From Candidatus Doudnabacteria bacterium (GTDB lineage Bacteria; Patescibacteriota; Doudnabacteria; UBA920; O2-02-FULL-48-8), in NCBI GenBank assembly GCA_039931165.1, contig JBDTSL010000004.1, forward strand, positions 21,028 through 85,027: a stretch of 64,000 bases of DNA, given 5' to 3'. Numbering within the stretch: the stretch's first letter is position 1; each line of letters begins with the position of its first letter. The translations under genes and the position numbers were made by a program. This document shows, one piece after another, positions 17,531-27,767 of the stretch. Below the pieces are notes generated by a model, which saw only the letters and a program-made list of their open reading frames with translations, was not told the DNA's origin and searched no databases.

Positions 17531-18835
17531 TTAGAGGAAGTTTAGGGGATTATAGGTTGCTCCATAAGGCACATCGTATGGACCATATATGTTCGGGTAA
17601 GCGCCGGGTGAAATCCCAAAACCTTCCGCATCAAAGACTGTAAAGTGCAGGTGATACCCGCGATGAGGCCCATAAATTAATCTGGTGGTGTTGCCGGTAT
17701 TACCTTCAAATCCCACAAGGTCGCCTTGTTTGACTGATTGTCCTTTGTTCAAAGTAAAGCTGCTCATATGACCATATAAAGACACGATTGCCCGGCCGCT
17801 GAATTGCCCAACTGTGTGTTTGATCGCAACCCAGTTGCCGTAGGCACCCGTACCTGTGCCTGTCCCGACCACCACCCCGTCACCGGCCGCGTAAATCGGA
17901 CTTCCTGGCGGGGCTGCGATGTCTATGCCGTTATGATAATTATATCCGAGCGCCGTAAATCCCGTATTGCCGTAGCCTTGCGTCAGAGTTCCTTCCATCG
18001 GCCAGCCGAGCAGGCCGTGGATCGAAGGCAGTTTGCGGTTTCCAAGCTTGGCGCTGATAGCCGCGTCAAGATCGAAAATTTCCTTGTTCAACTGATTTTC
18101 CTGTTGCTGGGAATCCGTCAACAGCCTTTGATAGGCTTTTTCCTGCCCCTTGGTTTCGTCCAGGACTTTTTGCCGCGCGACTCTTTGGCCGCTAAGACTG
18201 GCTTTACTGGTGTCCAGCTGGACCAGCAAATTATCCAGACTGGCTTTTTCGGCTTTTAAATCCGCCTGCCGCAGCTGCAGATCAGCTTGCAGTTTTTTGA
18301 TCTTGGTCAATGCTTGTTGGCTTTGATCCTGAATGCTCGAAACATATTGGACCTGGTCCAAGAATTGCTGGAAATTTTCGTTTTCAAGAGCTATTTCCAG
18401 AGGACTCCGCTGGTCCAGATCGTTAATATCCACCATCAGCGTCTTTAAGATCGCTTTCTGTTTGGTTATGTCATTTTCGGTTTTTACTATTTTGTCCGTC
18501 ACATCCGCGATGGCTATGTTGGACGCGTCAATTTTAGCCCGGGTTGCGTCTATTTGCGCAGAGGCTTCCGCAATTTGCAGGTCAAGTATGGCTAAGGTAT
18601 TTTTCAGGGTATTGGCCTGGGATTGTTTTTGCTTGATCTGGCTCTGGTAATCCGTAATTTTCTGGAGTATTGCGTCAAGCTGTTTCTGCTTGTCCAGTTT
18701 CTGCGCTGCGAGCTGATCCGCTGTTTGGCCTAAGACCTTGGGAGTCGCGCTGATAGCAAAAATAACGCCCACAATGAGCAGACCGGAAATTAATTTCTTT
18801 AAATTATTTTTATTTTGTTTCGAAATGATAGACAT
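17531..18835 (-). CDS. M23-family metallopeptidase with N-terminal coiled coil (EnvC-like murein hydrolase/activator)
   Basis: Long Q/L/K-rich coiled coil, then HNGIDIAAPPGSPIYAAGDGVV ... HMS, the M23 (LytM) core. Confidence 0.8.
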   Translation of the reverse strand: MSIISKQNKNNLKKLISGLLIVGVIFAISATPKVLGQTADQLAAQKLDKQKQLDAILQKITDYQSQIKQKQSQANTLKNTLAILDLQIAEASAQIDATRAKIDASNIAIADVTDKIVKTENDITKQKAILKTLMVDINDLDQRSPLEIALENENFQQFLDQVQYVSSIQDQSQQALTKIKKLQADLQLRQADLKAEKASLDNLLVQLDTSKASLSGQRVARQKVLDETKGQEKAYQRLLTDSQQQENQLNKEIFDLDAAISAKLGNRKLPSIHGLLGWPMEGTLTQGYGNTGFTALGYNYHNGIDIAAPPGSPIYAAGDGVVVGTGTGTGAYGNWVAIKHTVGQFSGRAIVSLYGHMSSFTLNKGQSVKQGDLVGFEGNTGNTTRLIYGPHRGYHLHFTVFDAEGFGISPGAYPNIYGPYDVPYGATYNPLNFL

Positions 18836-18881
18836 ATGCGTTTATTCTATCATTTTATGGGGTTTTTGTAAAGCTGCTACG

Positions 18882-20384
18882 TTACTTGAACAAAATTTCT
18901 GCCGCCTTGCTGACGCGCTTTATGATTTGTTCTTTGCCGTCGGGCAACACGGAAAAAGCGTCCATGATTTCATAGGGTCCCGGCGAAGCTTCAAGACCGG
19001 TCAGAGCCACCCTCAATGGCCAGAGCACTTCTCCGGTTTTAAGCTTCTCTGACTCGATAAACTTTTTGGTTTCGGATTCCAAAATATCTCTCTTGAATTT
19101 TTTTGCCGGTAAGGTTTGCAGGAAAGTTTGCAGACTCTCTAGATTTTTTATAATTGTCTGTTTTTCCGTTTTTTTCCAAATTAAAAGCTGAGGATCATAT
19201 GTGGGTTCTTTAAAAAAGTATTCTACCCTCTCCCCTATCTCGGACAATTTCCTCAGCCTTCCGCGTTCGAGTTCCAATATCTTTTCGATGAATTCTTTCG
19301 GATATTTACCGGTTTCAATCCCAGTTTTTATGAGATAGGGCAGACAGCGAGCAAACAATTCTTCGATTTTCAGTCTACGAATGTACATGCTGTTAAACCA
19401 ATCAAGCTTATCCAGATCAAAAATCGCTCCCGAACGGTTAACTTTGTCCAAAGAAAAAACCTGAACCAATTCCAGCATGCTGAAAATTTCCTGCTCGGTT
19501 TTAGGATTCCATCCTTGAAAAGCCAGAAAATTTATCAAGGCTTCGGGTAGGTAGCCTTTTTCCAAAAAATCTTGGACCGAAACGTCACCTTCTCTTTTTG
19601 ACAGTTTCTTGCCGGTTGTCTTGGATAGAATCGGCGGCAGGTGGACGAATGTCGGTAGCTTCCAACCGAATGCCTGATACAGCAAAATATGCTTTGGAGT
19701 GGATGGGATCCATTCATTGGATCTGATTACATGGGTTATTTCCATCAAATGATCATCCACTACTACCGCCAGATGGTATGTAGGAAACCCATCGGATTTT
19801 AACAACACCTGGTCATCTACTTCGTTCGAAGAAATTTTTATCGGTCCGTAAACCAAATCGATAAATTCAATCAAGTGATCGGGATGGACATTTAGCCTGA
19901 TGACGTGGGATTCGCCGTTTTTAATTTTTTGCGCCACCTCAGCTTCTGAAAATTTCAAACAAAACTTGTCATACTTAGGCGGAAGTTTGTTTACCTGTTG
20001 CTCCTGGCGCAATTGTACAAGGCGTTCTTTCGTGCAAAAACAGTAATAGGCGGCTTTTTTATCTAACAACTCCTGGGCGTATTTTTTATATATATCCAAC
20101 CTCTGAGACTGAATATAAGGCCCCTTATCGCCCCGGGATTTCAGGCCATTATCCCAGTACGGTCCTTCGTCGGTATTAATTCCCAATTCATGCAGCGATT
20201 GAACAATATTCTCAAGGGAGCCCGGAACCAGTCTTTCTTGATCCGTGTCCTCGATACGCAAAATATATTTGCCGTTGTTTTTTCTGGCGAATAAAAAATT
20301 GTAAAGAAATGTCCTTATGCCGCCAATGTGTAACAGACCCGTAGGACTTGGCGCGTTTCTTACTCTTACTTCAATTTTATCCAT
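18882..20384 (-). CDS. gltX: glutamate--tRNA ligase
   Basis: RVRNAPSPTGLLHIGGIRT (HIGH region) and KLSKR (KMSKS variant). Confidence 0.9.
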   Translation of the reverse strand: MDKIEVRVRNAPSPTGLLHIGGIRTFLYNFLFARKNNGKYILRIEDTDQERLVPGSLENIVQSLHELGINTDEGPYWDNGLKSRGDKGPYIQSQRLDIYKKYAQELLDKKAAYYCFCTKERLVQLRQEQQVNKLPPKYDKFCLKFSEAEVAQKIKNGESHVIRLNVHPDHLIEFIDLVYGPIKISSNEVDDQVLLKSDGFPTYHLAVVVDDHLMEITHVIRSNEWIPSTPKHILLYQAFGWKLPTFVHLPPILSKTTGKKLSKREGDVSVQDFLEKGYLPEALINFLAFQGWNPKTEQEIFSMLELVQVFSLDKVNRSGAIFDLDKLDWFNSMYIRRLKIEELFARCLPYLIKTGIETGKYPKEFIEKILELERGRLRKLSEIGERVEYFFKEPTYDPQLLIWKKTEKQTIIKNLESLQTFLQTLPAKKFKRDILESETKKFIESEKLKTGEVLWPLRVALTGLEASPGPYEIMDAFSVLPDGKEQIIKRVSKAAEILFK

Positions 20385-21102
20385 GATGCTTCAATTTATA
20401 TTTATAAACTTTCCAAATAAACACCGGCACCGCGTTCCAGATCCGTTTTGCCCGCCAAGGCTGGGTGATCAGCCTCCAAAGCCATTCTAAGCCCATGTGG
20501 TGCATAAAACCGGGCGGCTGAGAACGAATTCCTGATAAATAGTCAAATGTCCCGCCCAGGCCGATCGCCACCTTGGAATTGAGTTTTTTGGCGTTGTCAG
20601 AAAGCCACAATTCCTGCCTCGGCGGAGAGTACGCTATGAGCAGTATATCAGAATTGGCTTCGTTTATCTCCCTAAGGACGGACGCGTCAAATGGACGGCC
20701 GGATAAAGCTAATTTTATCTTAATGTTAGGATAGAGTTTTTTTAGTTCATACGCGGATTGAGCGGCGACATTGTCGCTGCCGCCCACGAGCGCTAGCGAG
20801 TAATTATTTTCCGAAGCCAGTTTGGCAATTTCATACACAAATTTCCTGCCAGTGATCCTTTCTTTTATCTCTGACCCAAGAAATTTCGCCGCCCAAACAA
20901 TACCGGCTCCGTCAGCTAAAGATAAATCGGCGTTATTTAAAGCGTCTTTATATTTTTTATCACTTTGCGCAAACACTATCATCTCCGAGTAAGGCGTTAC
21001 AACATAATGCGAATAGCCTGATCTAACGAAATTATCGATGAGCGAGATGGCCTCATCCTTAGTGACATTATCAATATTAACCCCGGCAACATTTATTTTC
21101 AT
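20377..21102 (-). CDS. WecB/TagA/CpsF-family glycosyltransferase
   Basis: 241 aa; GGTFDYLSG motif of N-acetylmannosaminyltransferase-type enzymes. Confidence 0.7.
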   Translation of the reverse strand: MKINVAGVNIDNVTKDEAISLIDNFVRSGYSHYVVTPYSEMIVFAQSDKKYKDALNNADLSLADGAGIVWAAKFLGSEIKERITGRKFVYEIAKLASENNYSLALVGGSDNVAAQSAYELKKLYPNIKIKLALSGRPFDASVLREINEANSDILLIAYSPPRQELWLSDNAKKLNSKVAIGLGGTFDYLSGIRSQPPGFMHHMGLEWLWRLITQPWRAKRIWNAVPVFIWKVYKYKLKHHG

Positions 21103-21629
21103 GAAAGCAAGGCCTCCAAAAGCGGAATATATTTCGGGTGATGAAGCAAAAGTTTGCTTTCGTAAAGCAAAACCGTTTCGGCTTTGAAACTAAGCTTTTT
21201 CAATTCCTGGTTTGGAAAATTTTCCATTTTACGCTGGCGGTTCATGACATTATCCATGTGCAGATTGCCTAAATTTACATGCGGGTAGTAACTGCGGTCC
21301 TGAAAACTAAAACCGATTTGCCGGTAATCCTCCTCCAGCCTGGCCCGCAGGTCTTTCAGGGCTTGATTCTCCTTCAGAGTGATATGCAACTGGTTGTGAA
21401 CTTTAGCGATCGCTTGAAACTCGACAGCAATAGCCGCCTGGCCATGCACAAAACTCAAAAAACAGCTTTTTACTTTTTCAACCTCCGCATCCGAAAGCTC
21501 GCCAAAATAATTCAACGTAATGTGCAGATTAGTGGTGTTGATGTACGGGATGGGCAGACGGCCGTTCGTAATTTCCTCCACTTGCCGTTTGGTTGTCTCA
21601 GGCAGAGGAATAGCAATAAAAAGTCTCAT
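21099..21629 (-). CDS. thpR: RNA 2',3'-cyclic phosphodiesterase / 2'-5' RNA ligase family (2H phosphoesterase)
   Basis: Two H-x-T-x motifs (LHITLNY and LHITLKE); MRLFIAIPLP start typical of LigT/ThpR. Confidence 0.65.
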   Translation of the reverse strand: MRLFIAIPLPETTKRQVEEITNGRLPIPYINTTNLHITLNYFGELSDAEVEKVKSCFLSFVHGQAAIAVEFQAIAKVHNQLHITLKENQALKDLRARLEEDYRQIGFSFQDRSYYPHVNLGNLHMDNVMNRQRKMENFPNQELKKLSFKAETVLLYESKLLLHHPKYIPLLEALLS

Positions 21630-21890
21630 TTATCCTCCCACCAAAGAATTACTTTGTCTTTTTTTTAACTGCACATAAGATCTTTTTCTTAACTTTAAAT
21701 TATGCTCTCTAGTCCAGGCATCTTTGGCTAACTTATAAGCCTCATAATAAATAATTTCAAAAGGAACACGACTTCGAATCGACAAGATTTTTTGAGAGTT
21801 ATGCTCGTTAAATCTTCTCTTCAAATCATTCGTGCAGCCTATATAGTTTTGGCCATCTTTTTTACTTTTCAAAATATATACATATTGCAT
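21630..21890 (-). CDS. GIY-YIG nuclease-domain protein (UPF0213-like)
   Basis: MQYVYILKSKKDGQNYIGCTNDLKRRFNEHN matches the GIY-x10-YIG motif. Confidence 0.7.
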   Translation of the reverse strand: MQYVYILKSKKDGQNYIGCTNDLKRRFNEHNSQKILSIRSRVPFEIIYYEAYKLAKDAWTREHNLKLRKRSYVQLKKRQSNSLVGG

Positions 21891-21954
21891 AAAAATAGCT
21901 TTGGTGGGAGGGTAAATCCTTTAAATTATAGCATAATTCTGTTAGAATGGATTT

Positions 21955-22206
21955 ATGGAAATTAAGCGTCAATTTAAGAAACATTCTGAAAAACACCTCC
22001 ACTCCCCTTCTCACGTTTTGGCTGACGAACTATCAAAACGGCTTGCGGACACAAGGAATTTTGGCTTTTATTTAAAAATGGCCACAATGTATGATCACAA
22101 TCTTTTGCGCCGTTTGGCCGGAGAAGTGCTTGAAAGCAAGACCACAAAAAAACCCGGCGCTTTATTTGCCTACTTAATCAAAAAACACAGCGATGAGCAA
22201 TCTTAA
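21955..22206 (+). CDS. hypothetical small basic protein
   Basis: 83 aa with no recognisable motif; overlaps the def start by 14 nt. Confidence 0.3.
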   Translation: MEIKRQFKKHSEKHLHSPSHVLADELSKRLADTRNFGFYLKMATMYDHNLLRRLAGEVLESKTTKKPGALFAYLIKKHSDEQS

Positions 22207-22675
22207 AATCGTCACAATCCCCGATCCGATACTGACGCGCAAGACCGAAGCGGTGAAAGATTTCAACCCGGCGCTAAACAAGCTGGTCACAGACATGATC
22301 CAAGCCTGCAAAACCGCCAACGGCATCGGCTTGGCAGCGCCGCAAATCGGAAAATCGATCCGACTTTGCATTATCGACCTTGACCACCTCGGCCTGGCGC
22401 CTTTTGCCTTGGTCAATCCCCAAATCAAAAAAAGATCATGGAAAAAAATTGAGATGGAGGAAGGATGCCTGTCTATACCGGGAATATTCGGGATTGTTAA
22501 GCGTCCGGCTAAAATCTCAGTCGAAGCGCAAAATTTAGATGGCAAAAAACATACATTTGTCGCCGACGGATTGGTGGCCCGTGTCATCCAGCACGAGGTT
22601 GATCATTTGGATGGAATTTTATTCACTTCAAAAATGAGCAAGCAAACCTTAGGCAGACCCAAGGACAAAATGTGA
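22193..22675 (+). CDS. def: peptide deformylase
   Basis: GIGLAAPQIG, EGCLSIPG and HEVDHLDG motifs. Confidence 0.9.
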   Translation: MSNLKIVTIPDPILTRKTEAVKDFNPALNKLVTDMIQACKTANGIGLAAPQIGKSIRLCIIDLDHLGLAPFALVNPQIKKRSWKKIEMEEGCLSIPGIFGIVKRPAKISVEAQNLDGKKHTFVADGLVARVIQHEVDHLDGILFTSKMSKQTLGRPKDKM

Positions 22676-23628
22676 CCCAGATGCAAAAAATCATCTTTAT
22701 CGGAACAACTGAATTCGGCATCCCAACCTTAGAAAAGCTCTCCGCCAAAGGCGGATCCGCCTCCGGCGGAAAACCTCCTTATGAGCTTGTTTTAATCATA
22801 ACCCAACCGGACAAACCGGTCGGCCGCAAGCAGATCATAACAGCATCCCCTATCAAAATCTGGGCTCAAAAAAATAGTGTTCCTGTGATCCAACCAGAAA
22901 AAATTCTGGATTCTATATCCCAGATTCTTGATTCTGGTCCAGATTTAATCCTTGTGGCGGCCTATGGGCAGATCATTCCAAAAGCTATACTGGATATACC
23001 GAAATTTGGCTCTGTAAATATTCATGGTTCCCTGCTCCCAAAATATCGCGGGGCGTCCCCCATACAGGCGGCAATTCTCAATGGAGATAATGAAACAGGC
23101 ATAACACTCATAAAAATGGACGAAAAAATGGACCATGGACCAATTGTCGCAAAGCAGGTTGTCCGCCTCGCGGGGCTTGAAACTTACCCTGAACTTTATA
23201 AAAAACTTGCCGATATTTCTGCTGACCTGATAGTTGAAACCTTGCCCCGCTTGTTTGAAGGGAAGCTGAAAGCCGCGGAGCAGGTCCATCCACATGCAAC
23301 TTATACCAAGCTCTTAAACAGGGAGGACGCCAGGATCGATTGGTCCCAAAGCGCCAAATTGATCGGCCAAAAAATCCGCGCGCTTAATCCCGAGCCCGGC
23401 ACTTGGACCACACTGGACGGCAAGACGGTAAAAATTATCGAGGCTAAAATATTGAGCGAAGCAAAAATCGAACTACCCGGCAAAATTTATATCCGTTCCG
23501 GAGAACTGGCTGTCAAATGCCTGGACGGCAGCGTGATAATTGAAAAACTCCAGCCTGAAGGAAAAAATATGATGTCAGGAAAAGATTTTCTGAATGGATT
23601 AAAAATCGGAAACAAACTGTTTATCTAA
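22672..23628 (+). CDS. fmt: methionyl-tRNA formyltransferase
   Basis: Formyltransferase N-domain (NIHGSLLPKYRGASPIQ) plus C-terminal domain; overlaps the def stop. Confidence 0.9.
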   Translation: MTQMQKIIFIGTTEFGIPTLEKLSAKGGSASGGKPPYELVLIITQPDKPVGRKQIITASPIKIWAQKNSVPVIQPEKILDSISQILDSGPDLILVAAYGQIIPKAILDIPKFGSVNIHGSLLPKYRGASPIQAAILNGDNETGITLIKMDEKMDHGPIVAKQVVRLAGLETYPELYKKLADISADLIVETLPRLFEGKLKAAEQVHPHATYTKLLNREDARIDWSQSAKLIGQKIRALNPEPGTWTTLDGKTVKIIEAKILSEAKIELPGKIYIRSGELAVKCLDGSVIIEKLQPEGKNMMSGKDFLNGLKIGNKLFI

Positions 23629-23630
23629 AC

Positions 23631-24332
23631 TTAGGCGATAGACCTTCCGCCGTCGACATATAGCACCTGGCCGGTCACAAATTCAGCGTCCAGAAGATAC
23701 AAAATTGCCTTGCTAATCTCATGCGCCCCGCCCCATTTACCGAGCGGCGTGTTTTTAAGAACCTCGGCATTATCTGCATCCGAAAGACCATCCGGCTTTA
23801 AAATCGGGCCCGGGGCGATGCAATTGACCATTATTTTGGGCGCCAGTTCCTTAGCCAGAGATTTGGTCAAGCCGACAACTGCCGATTTGGCGACGTTATA
23901 AGGCAAATAATCTTTATAGGGCTGGGTCAAAACCGACCAGTCGGAAATAAAAATCATTTTGCCGGACGGCATTTCTGCGGCAGCGGCTTTTGCCATCAAG
24001 AAGGAGCTTTTAGCGATAGTATTCAGATTTTTATCCCAGTCAGCTTCCGAAACTGTTGCCCAGGGAGTTTTCGGGTAAATTGCCGCCATATGGATCAGGC
24101 CGTCGACCTGTCCGAAACGGGTTTTCGTCTGCGAAACAACTCCGGCAGTATCCTTCGTTTTGGACAGGTCTGCCTGGACATAAAGTATATCGGACTTAAC
24201 GCCGGATAGGTCCGGTTTAGTCGTCAAATAAGTAACAGCTAATTTTGCGCCTAAACCATCAAGTGTCCTGGCTACGTCCAGGCCGATGCGCGCGACTCCT
24301 GTCAAAATAAATACTTTATTTTTAATTTCCAT
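23631..24332 (-). CDS. SDR-family oxidoreductase, enoyl-ACP reductase (FabI)-like
   Basis: VFILTGVARIGLDVARTL...GAKLAVTYL N-terminus and PYNVAKSAVVGLTKSLAKEL (Y-x6-K) resemble FabI. Confidence 0.55.
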   Translation of the reverse strand: MEIKNKVFILTGVARIGLDVARTLDGLGAKLAVTYLTTKPDLSGVKSDILYVQADLSKTKDTAGVVSQTKTRFGQVDGLIHMAAIYPKTPWATVSEADWDKNLNTIAKSSFLMAKAAAAEMPSGKMIFISDWSVLTQPYKDYLPYNVAKSAVVGLTKSLAKELAPKIMVNCIAPGPILKPDGLSDADNAEVLKNTPLGKWGGAHEISKAILYLLDAEFVTGQVLYVDGGRSIA

Positions 24333-24334
24333 AT

Positions 24335-24970
24335 CTAGACCTCAAATTCTTTCCCCAACTCGGGCAAAATCACTTCAATCCCTTTTGGAGGAATTATTGT
24401 TTTATACACGCCGTAAACAAACTGGGTTGATTTAAATCCGCCGTCGTGGACAGGAAAACCTTTTACAGGCTTGACTTCCATAACATAATTTATTGATTCT
24501 TTGATATTAGCCCAAGAGCCGGCAGTCGGGAATGCCAAAACCTCAACTTTTTTCGGAGGAATATACAAAGCGTCGCCCGGAAAAAAAAGTTTGTTCTGGA
24601 TAAAGTAACCGGTATTCAACACCTGCCCGTATTCCTCGAAGATCTCAGCGTGCTTGGTCCCAAAGCCTTCAATCAATATCTGGCCGAATTTCTTGCTTTG
24701 GCCGTCCTCAAGAGTTTCGAACACAATATTCTCGGAGCTGAGTATATTTCCGACAGAGCTGTTTGTTATCACTTTTGCGTCAGGATTATTGGCCAAAACG
24801 GCTTTTACAGATTCAATATGTAAATGATCTCCGTGTTCATGAGTAATCAAAATAATATCGATGTCCTTCAGAACATTTTGTTCCGTGGTATACATACCGG
24901 GGTCGGTCAAAATTTTCATCCCCGCATCTTCAATGATCATGCAACAGTGACCCAGTTTCGTAATCTTCAT
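24335..24970 (-). CDS. MBL-fold metallo-hydrolase
   Basis: ILITHEHGDHLH (HxHxDH) motif. Start set at the internal Met (MKITKLG) to avoid a 43-bp overlap with murI. Confidence 0.7.
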   Translation of the reverse strand: MKITKLGHCCMIIEDAGMKILTDPGMYTTEQNVLKDIDIILITHEHGDHLHIESVKAVLANNPDAKVITNSSVGNILSSENIVFETLEDGQSKKFGQILIEGFGTKHAEIFEEYGQVLNTGYFIQNKLFFPGDALYIPPKKVEVLAFPTAGSWANIKESINYVMEVKPVKGFPVHDGGFKSTQFVYGVYKTIIPPKGIEVILPELGKEFEV

Positions 24971-24972
24971 AA

Positions 24973-25761
24973 TTAATATCTGGCTAATTCTAAACTTATC
25001 TTTTTCCCGAACCATTTTTTCGCGTTCAACAGAAAATCTCTGTTTAACTTTGTAACGTAAAACTTTCTGTCTTTTCTTTTGGAAAGTTTATTTTCAATTT
25101 CAGGATGGCGACCCAGGTAATCGGCGAGCTTCACCGGAATGATCTCATCCTGGCTGATAAGTTTGATCCCCCGTCCAAGGCCCCTGGCAAACTGATCTTT
25201 GATCACAGCATAGTGCGTGCAGCCCAAAATCAGGTTTTTGACTTTTTTATCATTCACTAATCCCGTGTACTTGGCCACCGCCGACTTAAGCTTGCCTAAT
25301 TGGCCGGTTTCGAGCAAGAGTACCAGTTCCGGGGCCGGCAGCTCGAATACTCTGAGCTTAGGGTTTATTTTCCTAAGCTCTCTGGTGTAAGCGCGCGCGC
25401 GGACCGTGCCCGTGGTGGCCAGAACGCAGACATCGCCGGCTGAGATCAACTCCACGGTCGGACGAATAACTCCCAAAACCTTTCTGCCGGCAAAATTTGT
25501 GGGCAAATATTCTTTCTGGATCTTCCGCAGTGCCTGGGAGGAGGAAGTATTGCAAGCCACGATGACCAGGAGGCACCCCCGGTCAAACAAAAATTTAATA
25601 GCCTTGCCTGTTAGATTGTAAATTTGCTTACGGCTTTTTTCCCCATAAGGAAGGTTTTTTGTATCCCCTAGAAAAACATAATCATACTTGGGAAGCCTAT
25701 TTGCCACTGCCTTCAGCAAATAAAGACCTCCCAGCCCCGAGTCAAAAAAACCTATTTTCAT
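24973..25761 (-). CDS. murI: glutamate racemase
   Basis: MKIGFFDSGLGGL N-terminus and GCTHY second catalytic Cys region. The upstream extension to 25878 in the ORF track is rejected. Confidence 0.85.
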   Translation of the reverse strand: MKIGFFDSGLGGLYLLKAVANRLPKYDYVFLGDTKNLPYGEKSRKQIYNLTGKAIKFLFDRGCLLVIVACNTSSSQALRKIQKEYLPTNFAGRKVLGVIRPTVELISAGDVCVLATTGTVRARAYTRELRKINPKLRVFELPAPELVLLLETGQLGKLKSAVAKYTGLVNDKKVKNLILGCTHYAVIKDQFARGLGRGIKLISQDEIIPVKLADYLGRHPEIENKLSKRKDRKFYVTKLNRDFLLNAKKWFGKKISLELARY

Positions 25762-25787
25762 AAGAAAAGTATAACATACCGGGAACT

Positions 25788-26372
25788 TTACCAGCCGGAT
25801 GCTCCGGCGGAAAATCTTGCAAAGGTGCAGCTTCTCGATGCCGGATCCCACATCGGATCCGTTTGAGGAATCGAACATATGCTCTCTACGGTGATATGGG
25901 CTAAAATTTTAAAGTCGATGCCATCTGAACGGTATAAATAACATTTGTCGGTGTCCATTGGTTTCGGATCGAGAGGCAAAATTCCAACATAAGTTGGAGC
26001 TAAGTTGGGTATCCAGCCGTTGGCTCCGGTGACACCGTGGCTTCCGTAGGTTGTACAATTTCCCCACCATGTGCCTGCCGTAGTTGGATAAGCGTTATTG
26101 GCGTCATAATAAACCGCCAAAGCCGTCGAGAGCTGAGTGAGATCGGCCCGCCTCCTAGCGTCTCTTGATTTGGCCCTGGCAGAACCTAAAGCCACCAAAA
26201 CAATCGAAGCCAAAAGCCCGATGATGGAGATGACCACCAAAAGTTCGATCAAAGTGAATCCTAATTTATTTTTATTTAACTTTGCCACAAATAATCCGCT
26301 TTTTAACTTACCAATCGACAGATGCCGATGAGGAATATCTGGCAAAAACACAGCCTGGTCTGGCTGGATCAT
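25788..26372 (-). CDS. type IV pilin-like protein (paralogue)
   Basis: KLNKNKLG|[21 protein letters not shown]; the C-terminal region is about 75% identical to 9586-10104. The real start is probably a GTG about 26282 ([10 protein letters not shown] leader) rather than the ATG at 26372. Confidence 0.65.
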   Translation of the reverse strand: MIQPDQAVFLPDIPHRHLSIGKLKSGLFVAKLNKNKLGFTLIELLVVISIIGLLASIVLVALGSARAKSRDARRRADLTQLSTALAVYYDANNAYPTTAGTWWGNCTTYGSHGVTGANGWIPNLAPTYVGILPLDPKPMDTDKCYLYRSDGIDFKILAHITVESICSIPQTDPMWDPASRSCTFARFSAGASGW

Positions 26373-26832
26373 ATAAAGGATCAGTGGTAGGGACAGGACA
26401 ATTTTCTACAGTCAGATATGCCAAAATTTTATAATCCGTACCATTTGACTGATATAAGTAACATTTACCAGTATTCGGCGGTATCGCATCTCCTGGTAAC
26501 TGTCCAATGTAGGTTGGGGCCAAATTCGGGATCCACCCACTTGCACCGGTTGTCCCGTGAGCGCCATAACCTATACAATTTCCCCACCAAGAACCTGAAG
26601 TTGTGGGATAAGCATTGTTGGCATCATAATAAACAGCCAAGGCCGAAGAGGCCTGATCAATATCAGAACGCCTCTTGGCGTCCCGCGCTTTGGCCCTAGC
26701 GGAATTTAAAGCAACCAAAACTATCGAAGCCAAAAGCCCGATGACTGAGATGACCACCAAAAGTTCGATCAAAGTGAACCCGGCCTGAAAATTTTTTTTA
26801 TTCATGCATCCCTGACGCACAAATTTGATCAT
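26308..26832 (-). CDS. type IV pilin-like protein (paralogue)
   Basis: MNKKNFQAG|[21 protein letters not shown], then RRSDIDQ...[13 protein letters not shown]...[15 protein letters not shown], conserved with the other two paralogues. The likely start is the internal Met at about 26805. Confidence 0.65.
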   Translation of the reverse strand: MIKFVRQGCMNKKNFQAGFTLIELLVVISVIGLLASIVLVALNSARAKARDAKRRSDIDQASSALAVYYDANNAYPTTSGSWWGNCIGYGAHGTTGASGWIPNLAPTYIGQLPGDAIPPNTGKCYLYQSNGTDYKILAYLTVENCPVPTTDPLYDPARPGCVFARYSSSASVDW

Positions 26833-26857
26833 ATGATTGTGTTTGATAAATTTTGAT

Positions 26858-27199
26858 TTAAATCAACTCATCTATTTTCGCGGCTAGGATAAAGTCATTT
26901 TCCGACAGACCTCCTACAGAGTGGGTCCACAGCTCTATCACAACCTTGCCATAAGAAACCCGCATGTCCGGATGATGGTCTTCGGCTGCGGCGACGATAG
27001 CCACCTCGTTTACGAAACCCATAGTCCCCGCAAAATTTTTAAACTTGAATTCCCGCCGGAGTTTTTTTCCATCGTTTACTGTCCAACCCTTATCAATCTT
27101 GGAAATATATCTGCCGATTTCTTTTTTTCCAAAAGCCGGCATTCCGCCTTCACAAGGAATACAGCGCTTTTCCGAAAGCTTCGGCATTATTTTTTTCAT
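26858..27199 (-). CDS. pterin-4a-carbinolamine dehydratase (PCD/DCoH)
   Basis: 113 aa with AEDHHPD...W motif characteristic of PCD. Confidence 0.7.
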   Translation of the reverse strand: MKKIMPKLSEKRCIPCEGGMPAFGKKEIGRYISKIDKGWTVNDGKKLRREFKFKNFAGTMGFVNEVAIVAAAEDHHPDMRVSYGKVVIELWTHSVGGLSENDFILAAKIDELI

Positions 27200-27275
27200 T
27201 TTTAATGACTTAATTTAAAAAATATTGGTCTAAAATAGCGGCAATGATTGCCGCTGTTTTAATGTTCCAATTATT

Positions 27276-27710
27276 TTATTTCCAAGTGCCAAGGATCGCG
27301 CCGAAGATCAGAAGCTGCACCAACTGATACGAATTGTTGAGTGTCCAGAGTTTCCAGGATTTGCCTTCCCAGAATACACTGCCCATGCTGACAGTGGCGA
27401 TAAAGCCGAGCCAGCTTATAAAACCTGTCATCAGGCCGGCGTTCAGCCAGGTCGTGTTCATGTAGCTCTGGGCAAAGATAATCGCTTGGGTCAGGACCCA
27501 GGCCATGACCAAAGAACCGATAAATGTCAGTGTGTAACTTTTCATCATTTCTTTTTTCATTTCTTCCTTTTTGCCCGGGCTCCATTTATCCATGCCGACC
27601 ATCTGCATGAACATTTTGCCGAACATTGGCCCATACCACACCGAGCCCAGGACCATGCTGACGATACCGCAAACCAATATAGCCCAATAATTCACAGGAA
27701 CAGCTGCCAT
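27276..27710 (-). CDS. DUF1761-like integral membrane protein
   Basis: N-terminus NYWAILVCGIVSMVLGSVWYGPMFGKMF and four hydrophobic helices. Confidence 0.45.
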   Translation of the reverse strand: MAAVPVNYWAILVCGIVSMVLGSVWYGPMFGKMFMQMVGMDKWSPGKKEEMKKEMMKSYTLTFIGSLVMAWVLTQAIIFAQSYMNTTWLNAGLMTGFISWLGFIATVSMGSVFWEGKSWKLWTLNNSYQLVQLLIFGAILGTWK

Positions 27711-27767
27711 AAGATTGCTCTTTTAATTATTTGTCTAACTTAAGCTTAATCCGGGGAGTATTATTCG

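Noticed and set aside
25762-25878. N-terminal extension of murI to 25878
   Set aside because: Would overlap the pilin-like gene by 90 nt; the canonical MurI N-terminus MKIGFFDSGLGG starts at the internal ATG (25761).
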